Shown here piece by piece: positions 1 through 9,261 of a stretch of 64,000 nucleotides of DNA. The stretch is from the NCBI GenBank assembly GCA_016293065.1, contig JAEDEY010000001.1, positions 7,156-71,155 on the forward strand. Direction: 5' to 3'. The notes beneath the pieces were generated by a model. The model had not been told where the DNA came from and did not search any database. It worked only from the letters and a program-made list of their open reading frames with translations. The stretch comes from Bacteroidales bacterium. Its GTDB lineage: Bacteria > Bacteroidota > Bacteroidia > Bacteroidales > UBA3663. The stretch's first letter is position 1. Each line of letters opens with the position of its first letter. The position numbers were made by a program, and so were the translations under genes.

Positions 1-1
1 C

Positions 2-1060
2 TTTGACTTTGGCCATCTCGTCGCCGTGCCATCGGATCAATTCCTTCAGGCAGTAGCCGAGGCAGAGTCGGCCGAACCTTGCGAGTTTGCTGCGTGGTAT
101 AGGCTGCGTCTGCAACTCTCGCTTAGAGCCCTGCCTTATCACATCAGCGAACATCTCTATACTTTCGTTCCTTCTGAAGAGCAACAGATTTCGCAATTCG
201 ATTATGTCAATCCTCGCAACCGCAATGTCCAGCTCGAATGCGAACGTGTGTTTACCGCCTATCTGAAACGTTTTGGCGCATGGACCGATCATAAGCTGAT
301 GCAGCCTGCTACACCTCTCGATTCACATTCTCGGGTTGTGGCATCTGTGGTCATTCCTGCCTTCAATAGAGTCAAAACAATACGCGATGCCGTCACTTCG
401 GCACTGTCTCAGCAATGCAGCTTCTCGTTTAATGTCATTGTCGTAGATAACCACTCGACAGATGGTACGACCGAAGTGCTTCAAGAGATGGCAAAGGCCG
501 ATGTGAGTCTGGTTCATATTGTTCCTGAAGAACTGTCGCTCAAGATTGGCGGTTGCTGGAACAAGGCTGTCGAGAGCGAGATGTGCGGCGACTATGTAGT
601 GCAGCTCGACAGCGACGACATCTATAGTGGCAACGACACACTCCAGCGCATGGTCGATGCTTTCAACCAACAAGATTGCATGGCTGTGGTAGGCAGCTAT
701 AGGCTGACCGATTTCGATCTTCAGGAGTTGCCTCCAGGCATCATCGACCACCGCGAATGGACTCCAGAGAACGGCATGAACAATGCCCTTCGCATCAATG
801 GGTTGGGAGCTCCTCGTGGTTTCCGTCGCGACCTCCTGCGACAGCATCCATTGCCCAATACCAGTTATGGCGAAGACTATGCTGCCATGTTGCGCATCTG
901 CCGCCAATATCGCATTGGCCGTATCTACGATTCTCTTTACGATTGCCGCCGATGGTCGGGCAATAGCGATGCGTCACTCTCGCGCGAAAGACTCAATCGC
1001 AACAATCTCTACAAAGACCGCATCCGCAGCATCGAACTCCTTGCCCGAAAAAGAAAATAA
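2..1060 (+). CDS. Glycosyltransferase family 2 (N-terminus probably outside the window)
   Basis: The frame is open from base 2, with no stop upstream of the GTG at 26. GT-A/GT2 signature 'VVIPAFNRVKTIRDAVTSALSQ...NVIVVDNHSTDGT' and DxD motif 'QLDSDD'. Stop TAA at 1058-1060. Confidence 0.85.
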   Translation, partial: FDFGHLVAVPSDQFLQAVAEAESAEPCEFAAWYRLRLQLSLRALPYHISEHLYTFVPSEEQQISQFDYVNPRNRNVQLECERVFTAYLKRFGAWTDHKLMQPATPLDSHSRVVASVVIPAFNRVKTIRDAVTSALSQQCSFSFNVIVVDNHSTDGTTEVLQEMAKADVSLVHIVPEELSLKIGGCWNKAVESEMCGDYVVQLDSDDIYSGNDTLQRMVDAFNQQDCMAVVGSYRLTDFDLQELPPGIIDHREWTPENGMNNALRINGLGAPRGFRRDLLRQHPLPNTSYGEDYAAMLRICRQYRIGRIYDSLYDCRRWSGNSDASLSRERLNRNNLYKDRIRSIELLARKRK

Positions 1061-1069
1061 TGTCAAGAC

Positions 1070-3151
1070 ATGAATATCGAAAGTTTTTTTGTTGAGCAGC
1101 TGAATGTATGGAGCGAGTGCCGCCAGCGATATGAAGCTTTGTTGCGGGCGCAGCGCAAGGATGTCGTCGTCGATGGACGTAGATACATTCTTGTTCATAA
1201 TCCGAGCCGTATCGTGAGTGCCACAGCCCGCATCGAAAGCGGTAAGGTGGAACGCCCTTGTTTCTTGTGTCAGACAAACCGTCCGTCAGAGCAGTTGGCT
1301 CATCACGTCGTCACTCTGCCTCATCGCCATGAATACGACATCTTGGTAAATCCATATCCGATACTCGATAGGCATTTCACCATCGTGTGCAGCGAACATA
1401 CGCCACAGGCAATCAAAGACCGTATATGGGATATGGCATATTTTGCTGATCTGATGACTGATTATCTGATTTTCTTCAACGGAGCCTGTTCGGGCGCATC
1501 TGCTCCCGACCACATGCATTTCCAGGCAGTGCCCAAGTCGCTTGTACCAATCGCCTCATGGTCGAAAGAGGCTCAGCTTGAAGCAGGAGTGACCGACAGG
1601 ATGCCTCATATCTCCGATTCAGACTATAAGAACATCGTCGCATGGACCGACGGCGAACGTTCGCTGTGGTGTGTTATCGATCGCAGACAGCATCGTCCGT
1701 GGCAGTATAATGCCGAAGGAGCCGACCGTTGTCTGATCAGTCCCGCATCGCTTGAGTTCTGTGGCATTGTGCCTTTGGCTCGCCAAGAGGATTTTGACAA
1801 GATGGATGCAGCTCTGCTTAGCGACATCCTGGGCCAGTGCCAGCGACGTGAGCCTCTCATTAAGGTGGGGGTGGTTGATGCCGGGCAGATCTTCTTTTCG
1901 GCTGAAGAACGTGTTCATGCGATGACTTATCTCGACGAAGACCGCATCCTCGATGTGATGGACTACAGCACCAATCGTTCAGAGAAACGAAAGATCAGCG
2001 AATACTGGACTCATTCACAGCCTTTCACTATCGAGGGAGTCACTATTGGCAAGGACTTCCATTGGGAACAGAACGAGACGCAGATCTTCAATGGTTCGCT
2101 TCATGTGATTGCTCGTCAAGGCTCGCTTCATGCCATCAACCTTGTGCCCGTCGAAGAATATCTCAAGAGTGTCATCTCAAGTGAGATGTCGGCTTCAAAT
2201 AACCTTGAGCTACTTAAGACTCATGCTATCATCTCTCGCTCATGGGTGTTGCGACAGATCGAGAATGCCAAGCTGAAGGACACAAGTCATGAGGGTCAAG
2301 ATACTGCTCAGGTTTTTGCGCCTACATATATTAATAATGTATATGACAATGCCGACCAACAGTTGTTTGGCGATGTAGCGTCGGATGACATTGTTGTGAA
2401 ATGGTGGGATCATGATCAGCACACACTATATGATGTCTGTGCCGACGATCATTGCCAGCGTTATCAAGGCATAACACGTCAGGTTTCGCCTCTTGTGGCA
2501 CTGGCAGTTGAAGAGACGAGGGGAGAGGTGCTTCTTGACCGAGATGGCAATATCTGTGATGCGCGTTTCTCGAAGTGCTGTGGCGGAGTCACCGAATCGT
2601 TCGACACCTGTTGGCAAGACGAAGAGTATCACTATCTGCAGCCAGTCGAAGATCCGTATTGCAACACTACCGACAGTGATGTGCTCAAGCTTGTCCTGAA
2701 CGACTACGATCTGAAGACTCATGATTTCTATCGTTGGACTGTCACTTTCACTCAAGAAGAGATTTCTGCTTTGTTTGAGAAGAAGACTGGACTCAAAGTT
2801 GGATTGATACTCGAACTCATCCCGCTCAAGCGAGGAGCATCGGGCAGGATAGAGTATCTCAAGGTCGTTGGCTCTGAGCGGACAGTAGTGATTGGCAAGG
2901 AACTCTTCATTCGCAAGGCTTTCTCTGAGTCACATCTCTATAGCTCTGCTTTCGACATCACGACAGACATCGAGAATGATGACAGGATGTCGCAACGTCA
3001 GCAAAAGACCTTTACCTTCAGCGGCAAAGGCTGGGGTCATGGCGTAGGATTGTGCCAGATAGGTTCGGCTTGCATGAGTATCAAGGGTTTCTCCCACACC
3101 GAGATTCTGAGTCATTATTTTGCTTCTGCAACTATCCACAAGATATATTGA
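1070..3151 (+). CDS. Two-domain protein: N-terminal DUF4922-like HIT/GalT-type nucleotidyltransferase/phosphorylase domain fused to C-terminal SpoIID/LytB domain
   Basis: 693 aa. The N-terminal half carries 'APDHMHFQAVP' (H-x-H-x-Q, the motif type of GalT / Apa1-2 / GDP-L-galactose phosphorylase enzymes). The C-terminal half starts 'IKVGVV' and ends 'GKGWGHGVGLCQIGSACMSIKG...ILSHYF', typical of SpoIID/LytB. No signal peptide or TM segment is visible. Confidence 0.75.
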   Translation: MNIESFFVEQLNVWSECRQRYEALLRAQRKDVVVDGRRYILVHNPSRIVSATARIESGKVERPCFLCQTNRPSEQLAHHVVTLPHRHEYDILVNPYPILDRHFTIVCSEHTPQAIKDRIWDMAYFADLMTDYLIFFNGACSGASAPDHMHFQAVPKSLVPIASWSKEAQLEAGVTDRMPHISDSDYKNIVAWTDGERSLWCVIDRRQHRPWQYNAEGADRCLISPASLEFCGIVPLARQEDFDKMDAALLSDILGQCQRREPLIKVGVVDAGQIFFSAEERVHAMTYLDEDRILDVMDYSTNRSEKRKISEYWTHSQPFTIEGVTIGKDFHWEQNETQIFNGSLHVIARQGSLHAINLVPVEEYLKSVISSEMSASNNLELLKTHAIISRSWVLRQIENAKLKDTSHEGQDTAQVFAPTYINNVYDNADQQLFGDVASDDIVVKWWDHDQHTLYDVCADDHCQRYQGITRQVSPLVALAVEETRGEVLLDRDGNICDARFSKCCGGVTESFDTCWQDEEYHYLQPVEDPYCNTTDSDVLKLVLNDYDLKTHDFYRWTVTFTQEEISALFEKKTGLKVGLILELIPLKRGASGRIEYLKVVGSERTVVIGKELFIRKAFSESHLYSSAFDITTDIENDDRMSQRQQKTFTFSGKGWGHGVGLCQIGSACMSIKGFSHTEILSHYFASATIHKIY

Positions 3152-3158
3152 TTCTGAT

Positions 3159-4103
3159 ATGACTGACATCCCAATGATAACAATTGTAGGTCCAACGGCT
3201 TGTGGCAAGACACGCTTGGCGGTCGATGTAGCCCTCGCTTACGACACTGAGGTGATAAGCGCCGACAGTCGGCAGTTCTATCGTGGCATGACCTTAGGCA
3301 CGGGCAAGGACCTAGACGACTATGTGGTGCGCGATGAACAGGGCAACATCGTCGGTGAGGTGCCATATCATCTCATCGACATACGCGAGCCTGGCTACAA
3401 GTACAGCATATATGAGTATCAGAGCGACTTCCACCGTGTCTATGACGACATGGTAGCACGAGGCAAAATCCCAGTGCTCTGCGGAGGCAGTGGACTATAT
3501 GTCGAATCTGTACTTCGCGGCTATGAGATGCACGAGGTGCCAGAGAATCCTGAGTTGCGCCGACAGCTCGAAGGCAAAAGCCTTGCCGAACTTGAAGCCA
3601 TACTAAAGACCTATAAGACGCTCCACAACACCACCGACACCGACACAGCCAAACGTGCCATACGCGAGATAGAGATATGCGACTACTACCGCACTCATGC
3701 CCAGCAGCTCACTGGTTATCCTGCGGTGAAGAGTCTGGTTGTCGGCATCAACATCGACCGTGATGTGAGGCGCGAACGTATTACCAAGCGACTCTATGAA
3801 CGTCTTGAAGCTGGCATGATCGACGAGGTGAGAGGTTTGCTTGACCGAGGCCTGCAGCCCGACGATCTCATCTACTACGGACTGGAGTACAAGTACCTTA
3901 CGCTCCATGTCATCGGCAAGCTCTCGTATCAGGAGATGTTCGACCAACTCGAGATTGCCATCCATCAGTTTGCCAAGCGACAGATGACATGGTTCAGGGG
4001 CATGGAACGACGCGGAACCAAGATACATTGGATAGATTATTCCGAGCCGCGCGAAAAAAAAATCGCCATCGTTAGACAACTTTATGACGAATTTAAGGCA
4101 TAA
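3159..4103 (+). CDS. miaA: tRNA dimethylallyltransferase
   Basis: P-loop 'ITIVGPTACGKTRLAVDVA' followed by 'ISADSRQFYRGMTLGTGK', both classic MiaA. ATG 3159 is chosen over the ORF-track start 3120, which overlaps the upstream gene's stop at 3151. Confidence 0.9.
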   Translation: MTDIPMITIVGPTACGKTRLAVDVALAYDTEVISADSRQFYRGMTLGTGKDLDDYVVRDEQGNIVGEVPYHLIDIREPGYKYSIYEYQSDFHRVYDDMVARGKIPVLCGGSGLYVESVLRGYEMHEVPENPELRRQLEGKSLAELEAILKTYKTLHNTTDTDTAKRAIREIEICDYYRTHAQQLTGYPAVKSLVVGINIDRDVRRERITKRLYERLEAGMIDEVRGLLDRGLQPDDLIYYGLEYKYLTLHVIGKLSYQEMFDQLEIAIHQFAKRQMTWFRGMERRGTKIHWIDYSEPREKKIAIVRQLYDEFKA

Positions 4104-4214
4104 ACAGATACCACTAACGTCTCAAAAATGCGTGATAATAATGAAATAATGCACTTTTTTTGGAATCTGCCAAAAATAATGCAATTTAGACTTTGCAGTT
4201 TAATTCAAAATTAT

Positions 4215-4222
4215 TATCTTTG
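4215..4222 (+). promoter_or_regulatory. Bacteroidetes -7 box TATCTTTG (followed by CGCC), with TTTG about 20 nt upstream
   Basis: TAnnTTTG match 48 nt upstream of the 4270 start. TTTG at 4192-4195 sits at -33-like spacing. Confidence 0.6.
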
Positions 4223-4269
4223 CGCCGTATTTATTCTTAATGACCAAACCATTAAATAATTGAAGTAAA

Positions 4270-5454
4270 GTGGATACTTTTTTTAGGACTCATAAGTACT
4301 TGGTTGAACATGTTTACAGCCCCGTACGCCGAGAATTGATGGAAGAGATCAAATGGACAAGCCGTTTGATCGGAATCAAAGGTAGCCGAGGAGTCGGCAA
4401 GACCACGTTCCTTCTCCAATATGCATTGGAGAAGTATGGTCCGGACGATAGAAGATGTTTGTATATCAATATGAACCACTTCTACTTTTTCACTCACACA
4501 CTCCGCGAATTTGTGAGTGCGTTCCAGCAGCAGGGTGGCCGCACCTTGCTCATCGACGAGATATTCAAATATCCGGGCTGGAGCGAAGAGTTAAAGTTTA
4601 TTTACGACCAGTTCCCTCGCATTCAGATCATCTTTGCGGGCTCGACAGTTATGCGCCTCAAGGATGCTAATCCTGTGCTCAATGGCATTGTTGATTCTTA
4701 TAATCTCCGAGGTTTCTCTTTCCGCGAATACATCAACCTTGTGGCTGGCACTAACTTCCGACCTTATTCTTATCAGCAGATTATCACCAACCATCAGCAG
4801 ATAGCCTCTGATATTTGTCAGTCTATCAAACCTCTCAATTATTTCAAGGATTATATCCACCATGGTTTCTATCCGTTCTTCCTCGAAAAGAAGAACTATA
4901 GTGAGATGCTCATTAAGAACATGAATACTATGCTCGAGGTAGATATTCTCTTCCTCAAGGAGATTGAGCTCAGCTATCTGCCAAAGCTCAAGAAGCTGCT
5001 TCACATACTGGCGCAGGAAGCTCCTTGTTCGCCGAATGTCAGCCTTTTGGCAAAGAGCATTGAAACCAGCCGTGCCACGGTGGTCAACTATCTCAGCTAT
5101 CTCAAGGAGGCTCGTCTCATCAACATGCTTTATTCTGTCGATGAGCAGTTCCCAAAGAAGCCAGCTGTGGTATATATGCACAACACCAATATCTTGTATC
5201 CGACATGTCTCAACGAAGTGGAGCCACGCCAGTTGCGCGAGACTTTCTTCTACAACATGCTGCATAAAGATAACCGTTTGAACAAGTCGAACGAACGCAA
5301 CGTACAGTTCCTCATCAACCAGACCGACCGTTTCCGCGTCTGCGACTGGGTGGTTCGTACCAAGAACAATCCTGAGTATTATTATGCTATCGACAATCTT
5401 GAGATTGGTCACGACAACGTGATTCCTCTCTGGTTGTTCGGATTCCTATATTGA
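4270..5454 (+). CDS. AAA-family ATPase (COG1373-like, ATPase plus C-terminal DUF4143/wHTH-type region)
   Basis: Walker A 'GSRGVGKTTFLL' and Walker B-like 'TLLIDEIFKY'. 394 aa. GTG start per the ORF track. Confidence 0.65.
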   Translation: MDTFFRTHKYLVEHVYSPVRRELMEEIKWTSRLIGIKGSRGVGKTTFLLQYALEKYGPDDRRCLYINMNHFYFFTHTLREFVSAFQQQGGRTLLIDEIFKYPGWSEELKFIYDQFPRIQIIFAGSTVMRLKDANPVLNGIVDSYNLRGFSFREYINLVAGTNFRPYSYQQIITNHQQIASDICQSIKPLNYFKDYIHHGFYPFFLEKKNYSEMLIKNMNTMLEVDILFLKEIELSYLPKLKKLLHILAQEAPCSPNVSLLAKSIETSRATVVNYLSYLKEARLINMLYSVDEQFPKKPAVVYMHNTNILYPTCLNEVEPRQLRETFFYNMLHKDNRLNKSNERNVQFLINQTDRFRVCDWVVRTKNNPEYYYAIDNLEIGHDNVIPLWLFGFLY

Positions 5455-5506
5455 TACGATTTTAATCCTTTATAGTTTTAATTAATTCTTTTTATTCAAT
5501 TTCACA

Positions 5507-8500
5507 ATGGCAAAAAAATTCATGACATGTGATGGTAATACAGCTGCGGCACATATCGCGTATATGTTCTCGGAGGTAGCTGCTATCTACCCAATCACTC
5601 CATCATCTCCGATGGCTGAAAATGTCGACGAATGGGCTGCACAGGGCCGTAAGAACATCTTCGGTGAAACAGTCCTTGTTCAGGAAATGCAGTCTGAAGG
5701 TGGTGCTGCCGGTGCAGTTCACGGTTCACTTCAGGCAGGCGCACTCACTACTACATTTACCGCATCACAGGGCCTTCTCCTGATGATCCCTAATATGTAC
5801 AAGATTGCAGGTGAGCTCATCCCATCTGTGTTCCATGTTTCTGCTCGTACATTGGCTTCTCATGCTCTTTGTATCTTTGGTGACCACCAGGACGTAATGG
5901 CTTGCCGCCAGACTGGTTTCGCAATGCTCGCCGAGGGTTCTGTTCAGGAAGTAATGGATATCTCAGCTGTAGCACACCTCGCTACTCTCACCAGCCGTGT
6001 TCCATTCCTCAACTTCTTCGATGGTTTCCGTACTTCTCACGAGTATCAGAAGATTGAGGTTGTTGACCAGGAGGATCTCCGTCCACTCGTTGACTGGGAT
6101 GCTGTCAAGGCTTTTCGTGAGCGTGCTCTCTCTCCTGAGCATCCTGAGATGCGTGGTATGGCCGAGAACCCAGATGTGTTCTTCGCTCACCGCGAGTCTT
6201 CTAATCCTTACTACGATGCAGTGCCAGATATCGTAGCCAAGTACATGGATCAGGTTTCTGCCATCACTGGTCGCAAGCACCGTCCATTCGACTACTACGG
6301 AGCACCAGATGCCGAGAACATCATCGTCGCTATGGGTTCTGCTACCGAGTGTATCAAGGAGGTTATCGACTATAAGGTTGCACAGGGCGAGAAGGTAGGT
6401 TTGATCAGCGTTCACCTCTACCGTCCATTCTCTCTCAAGTACCTCAAGGAGGCTCTTCCTGCTTCTGTCAAGAAGGTTTGCGTCCTCGATCGTACAAAGG
6501 AGCCAGGTGCTAACTCTGAGCCTCTCTACCTCGACGTTGTTGACGCTCTCACCGAGCTTGGCCTCATCGGTCAGATTAAGGTTGTTGGCGGTCGTTATGG
6601 TCTTGGTTCTAACGATACTACTCCTGCTCAGATCATCGCTGTCTATGACAACCTCGCAATGGCAGAGCCTAAGAACCACTTCACTCTCGGTATCGTAGAT
6701 GATGTTACATTCACTTCTCTTCCAGTAGGTGAGGAGGTTTCTGTAGCTCCTGCAGGCACATTCCAGGCTAAGTTCTATGGTCTCGGTGCTGACGGTACAG
6801 TAGGTGCTAACAAGAACTCTGTAAAGATCATCGGTGAGACAACTGACAAGTATTGCCAGGCATATTTCTCTTACGACTCTAAGAAGTCTGGTGGTTTCAC
6901 TTGCTCTCACCTCCGTTTCGGCGATACTCCAATCCAGTCAACTTATCTCGTGACTACTCCTAACTTCGTTGCATGTCACCAGCAGGCTTACCTCAACATG
7001 TACGATGTGACTCGTGGTATCCAGAAGGGCGGTACATTCCTTCTCAATACTATCTGGGACGGTGAGGAACTTGTCAACAACATCCCTAACAAGGTGAAGG
7101 CAGTTCTCGCTAAGCAGGATGTCAAGGTTTACTACATCAATGCAACTAAGATTGCTCAGGAGATTGGTCTCGGCAACCGTACCAACACTATCCTCCAGTC
7201 GGCATTCTTCCGCATCACAGGTGTCATCCCTGTAGAGCAGGCAGTTGAAGAGATGAAGCACTTCATCGTCAAGTCTTATGGCAAGAAGGGTGAAGACGTT
7301 GTCAACAAGAACTATGCTGCTGTCGATCGTGGTGGCGAATACAAGGAGCTTGCTGTCGATCCAGTATGGGCTTCACTTGAGGCTGAGCCAAAGGTTTATA
7401 CCGATGGTGACGACTTCATCAACAAGGTAGTTCGCCCAATCAACGCACAGGATGGTGACCTTCTCCCAGTTTCTTCATTCAAGGGTATTGAGGATGGTAC
7501 TTGGGCTGCAGGTACAGCTAAGTTCGAGAAGCGTGGTGTAGGTGCCTTTGTTCCACAGTGGGATCCTGAGAAGTGTATCCAGTGTAACAAGTGTGCTTAT
7601 GTTTGTCCTCACGCTTGTATCCGTCCATTCGTAATGACAGCCGACGAGAAGGCAGGCTTTGCAGATGCTACTATCGAGATGAAGGCTCCAGCTGCAATGA
7701 AGGGTATGTTCTTCCGCATCCAGGTTGGTGTTAAGGATTGTCTCTCTTGCGGCAACTGTGCTGATGTCTGCCCAGGCAATCCAAAGCTCGGTGGTCCAGC
7801 TCTCAAGATGGTTCCTTACGACGATACTTCAGCTGAGGCTGCTCAGCAGGCTGCTAACTGGAAGTACTGCGTTGAGAACGTTACTTCTAAGCAGGATCTC
7901 GTTGACATCACAGCTAATGTCAAGAACTCTCAGTTCGCTCAGCCACTCTTCGAGTTCTCTGGTGCTTGCGCAGGTTGCGGTGAGACTCCTTACGTTAAGT
8001 TGATCTCTCAGCTCTTCGGCGACCGTGAGATCGTTGCCAACGCTACTGGTTGCTCTTCAATCTACTCTGGTTCTGTTCCTTCTACACCTTATACTAAGAA
8101 TGCTAAAGGTCAGGGTCCTGCTTGGGCTAACTCACTCTTCGAGGACTTCTGCGAATTCGGTCTCGGTATGGCTATTGCCAACAAGAAGATGAAGCAGCGT
8201 CTCACTCGTCTCATGACCGAGGCTCAGTCTTGCACTTGCTGCTCTGCTGAACTCAAGGCATTGATGCAGCAGTGGATCGAGAATCAGGAGGATGCTGCTC
8301 AGACCAAGGCTCTCGCTCCTCAGATTGTAGCTGCTTGTGAGGCTTGTGGTTGTGACACTTGCAAGGAGATTCTCACTTACAAGGATCACCTCGTTAAGCG
8401 CAGCCAGTGGATCATCGGTGGTGACGGTGCTTCTTACGACATCGGCTACGGAGGTCTCGACCATGTGATTGCTTCTGGCGAAGACGTTAACATCTTCGTA

Positions 8501-9055
8501 ATCGATACTGAGGTTTATTCTAATACTGGTGGTCAGTCTTCTAAGGCAACACCACTCGGTGCTATCGCTAAGTTCGCTGCTTCTGGTAAGCGCGTTCGCA
8601 AGAAGGATCTTGGTATGATTGCTACAACTTACGGCTATGTATATGTAGCTCAGATTGCAATGGGAGCTGACCAGGCTCAGACTCTCAAGGCTCTCAAGGA
8701 AGCTGAGGCTTACCACGGACCATCTCTCGTCATTGCTTATGCTCCATGTATCAACCATGGTCTTAAGGCAGGTATGGGCAAGAGCCAGGCAGAGGAAGCT
8801 AAGGCTGTCGAGTGTGGTTACTGGCATCTCTGGCGCTTCAACCCAGAGCTCGAGGCACAGGGCAAGAACCCATTCACTCTCGATTCTAAGGAGCCACAGT
8901 GGGAGAAGTTCCAGGACTTCCTCAAGGGCGAGGTTCGCTACGCTTCTGTAATGAAGCAGTTCCCTGCTGAGGCTGCCGAACTCTTCGGTCAGGCAGAGGA
9001 AATGGCTAAGAAGCGTTATGCATCTTACGTTCGTCAGACTAAGCTTGAGTACTAA
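5507..9055 (+). CDS. nifJ: Pyruvate:ferredoxin (flavodoxin) oxidoreductase
   Basis: 1182 aa single-chain PFOR. N-terminus 'MTCDGNTAAAHIAY', two ferredoxin motifs 'CIQCNKCAYVCP' and 'CLSCGNCADVCP', and TPP region 'GGDGASYDIGYGGLDH'. Confidence 0.97.
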   Translation: MAKKFMTCDGNTAAAHIAYMFSEVAAIYPITPSSPMAENVDEWAAQGRKNIFGETVLVQEMQSEGGAAGAVHGSLQAGALTTTFTASQGLLLMIPNMYKIAGELIPSVFHVSARTLASHALCIFGDHQDVMACRQTGFAMLAEGSVQEVMDISAVAHLATLTSRVPFLNFFDGFRTSHEYQKIEVVDQEDLRPLVDWDAVKAFRERALSPEHPEMRGMAENPDVFFAHRESSNPYYDAVPDIVAKYMDQVSAITGRKHRPFDYYGAPDAENIIVAMGSATECIKEVIDYKVAQGEKVGLISVHLYRPFSLKYLKEALPASVKKVCVLDRTKEPGANSEPLYLDVVDALTELGLIGQIKVVGGRYGLGSNDTTPAQIIAVYDNLAMAEPKNHFTLGIVDDVTFTSLPVGEEVSVAPAGTFQAKFYGLGADGTVGANKNSVKIIGETTDKYCQAYFSYDSKKSGGFTCSHLRFGDTPIQSTYLVTTPNFVACHQQAYLNMYDVTRGIQKGGTFLLNTIWDGEELVNNIPNKVKAVLAKQDVKVYYINATKIAQEIGLGNRTNTILQSAFFRITGVIPVEQAVEEMKHFIVKSYGKKGEDVVNKNYAAVDRGGEYKELAVDPVWASLEAEPKVYTDGDDFINKVVRPINAQDGDLLPVSSFKGIEDGTWAAGTAKFEKRGVGAFVPQWDPEKCIQCNKCAYVCPHACIRPFVMTADEKAGFADATIEMKAPAAMKGMFFRIQVGVKDCLSCGNCADVCPGNPKLGGPALKMVPYDDTSAEAAQQAANWKYCVENVTSKQDLVDITANVKNSQFAQPLFEFSGACAGCGETPYVKLISQLFGDREIVANATGCSSIYSGSVPSTPYTKNAKGQGPAWANSLFEDFCEFGLGMAIANKKMKQRLTRLMTEAQSCTCCSAELKALMQQWIENQEDAAQTKALAPQIVAACEACGCDTCKEILTYKDHLVKRSQWIIGGDGASYDIGYGGLDHVIASGEDVNIFVIDTEVYSNTGGQSSKATPLGAIAKFAASGKRVRKKDLGMIATTYGYVYVAQIAMGADQAQTLKALKEAEAYHGPSLVIAYAPCINHGLKAGMGKSQAEEAKAVECGYWHLWRFNPELEAQGKNPFTLDSKEPQWEKFQDFLKGEVRYASVMKQFPAEAAELFGQAEEMAKKRYASYVRQTKLEY

Positions 9056-9077
9056 TCAACAGTACGACAAATATCAA

Positions 9078-9108
9078 AAGGGAAGGCAATCAGCCTTCCC
9101 TTTTTTGT
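9078..9108 (+). terminator. Rho-independent terminator of nifJ
   Basis: Stem GGGAAGGC (9080-9087), loop AATCA, stem GCCTTCCC (9093-9100), then TTTTTT. Confidence 0.85.
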
Positions 9109-9261
9109 TTTATTCTCAAATGCTTGTTAGTTGCCCTTAATATCAAAAATATTAGTTGTACTTACCATATTATATTATTATGTTCCGTAAATATATTGAT
9201 TAGCCAAGAATAGGAGGTAAGTGGTGTGAGTTGTAACCATTTCATAGCTCTACGATAGTCA

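Noticed and set aside
4054-4062. A9 homopolymer inside miaA considered as a phase-variation slip site
   Set aside because: It lies 14 codons from the stop, after the conserved core, so slippage would barely alter the protein. It simply encodes 'EKKI'. Nothing suggests a contingency locus.
5963-6910. 315-aa ORF antisense to nifJ. Other long antisense ORFs occur at 8132-8827, 4591-5412, 13471-14172, 15282-15965, 22343-23032, 28817-29755, 32192-32812, 40215-40844, 43442-44260 and 51631-52377.
   Set aside because: Each lies entirely inside, and antisense to, a confidently identified conserved gene. They have no recognisable motifs, no promoter box and a compositionally odd translation. They are shadow ORFs produced by the codon bias of the sense gene.
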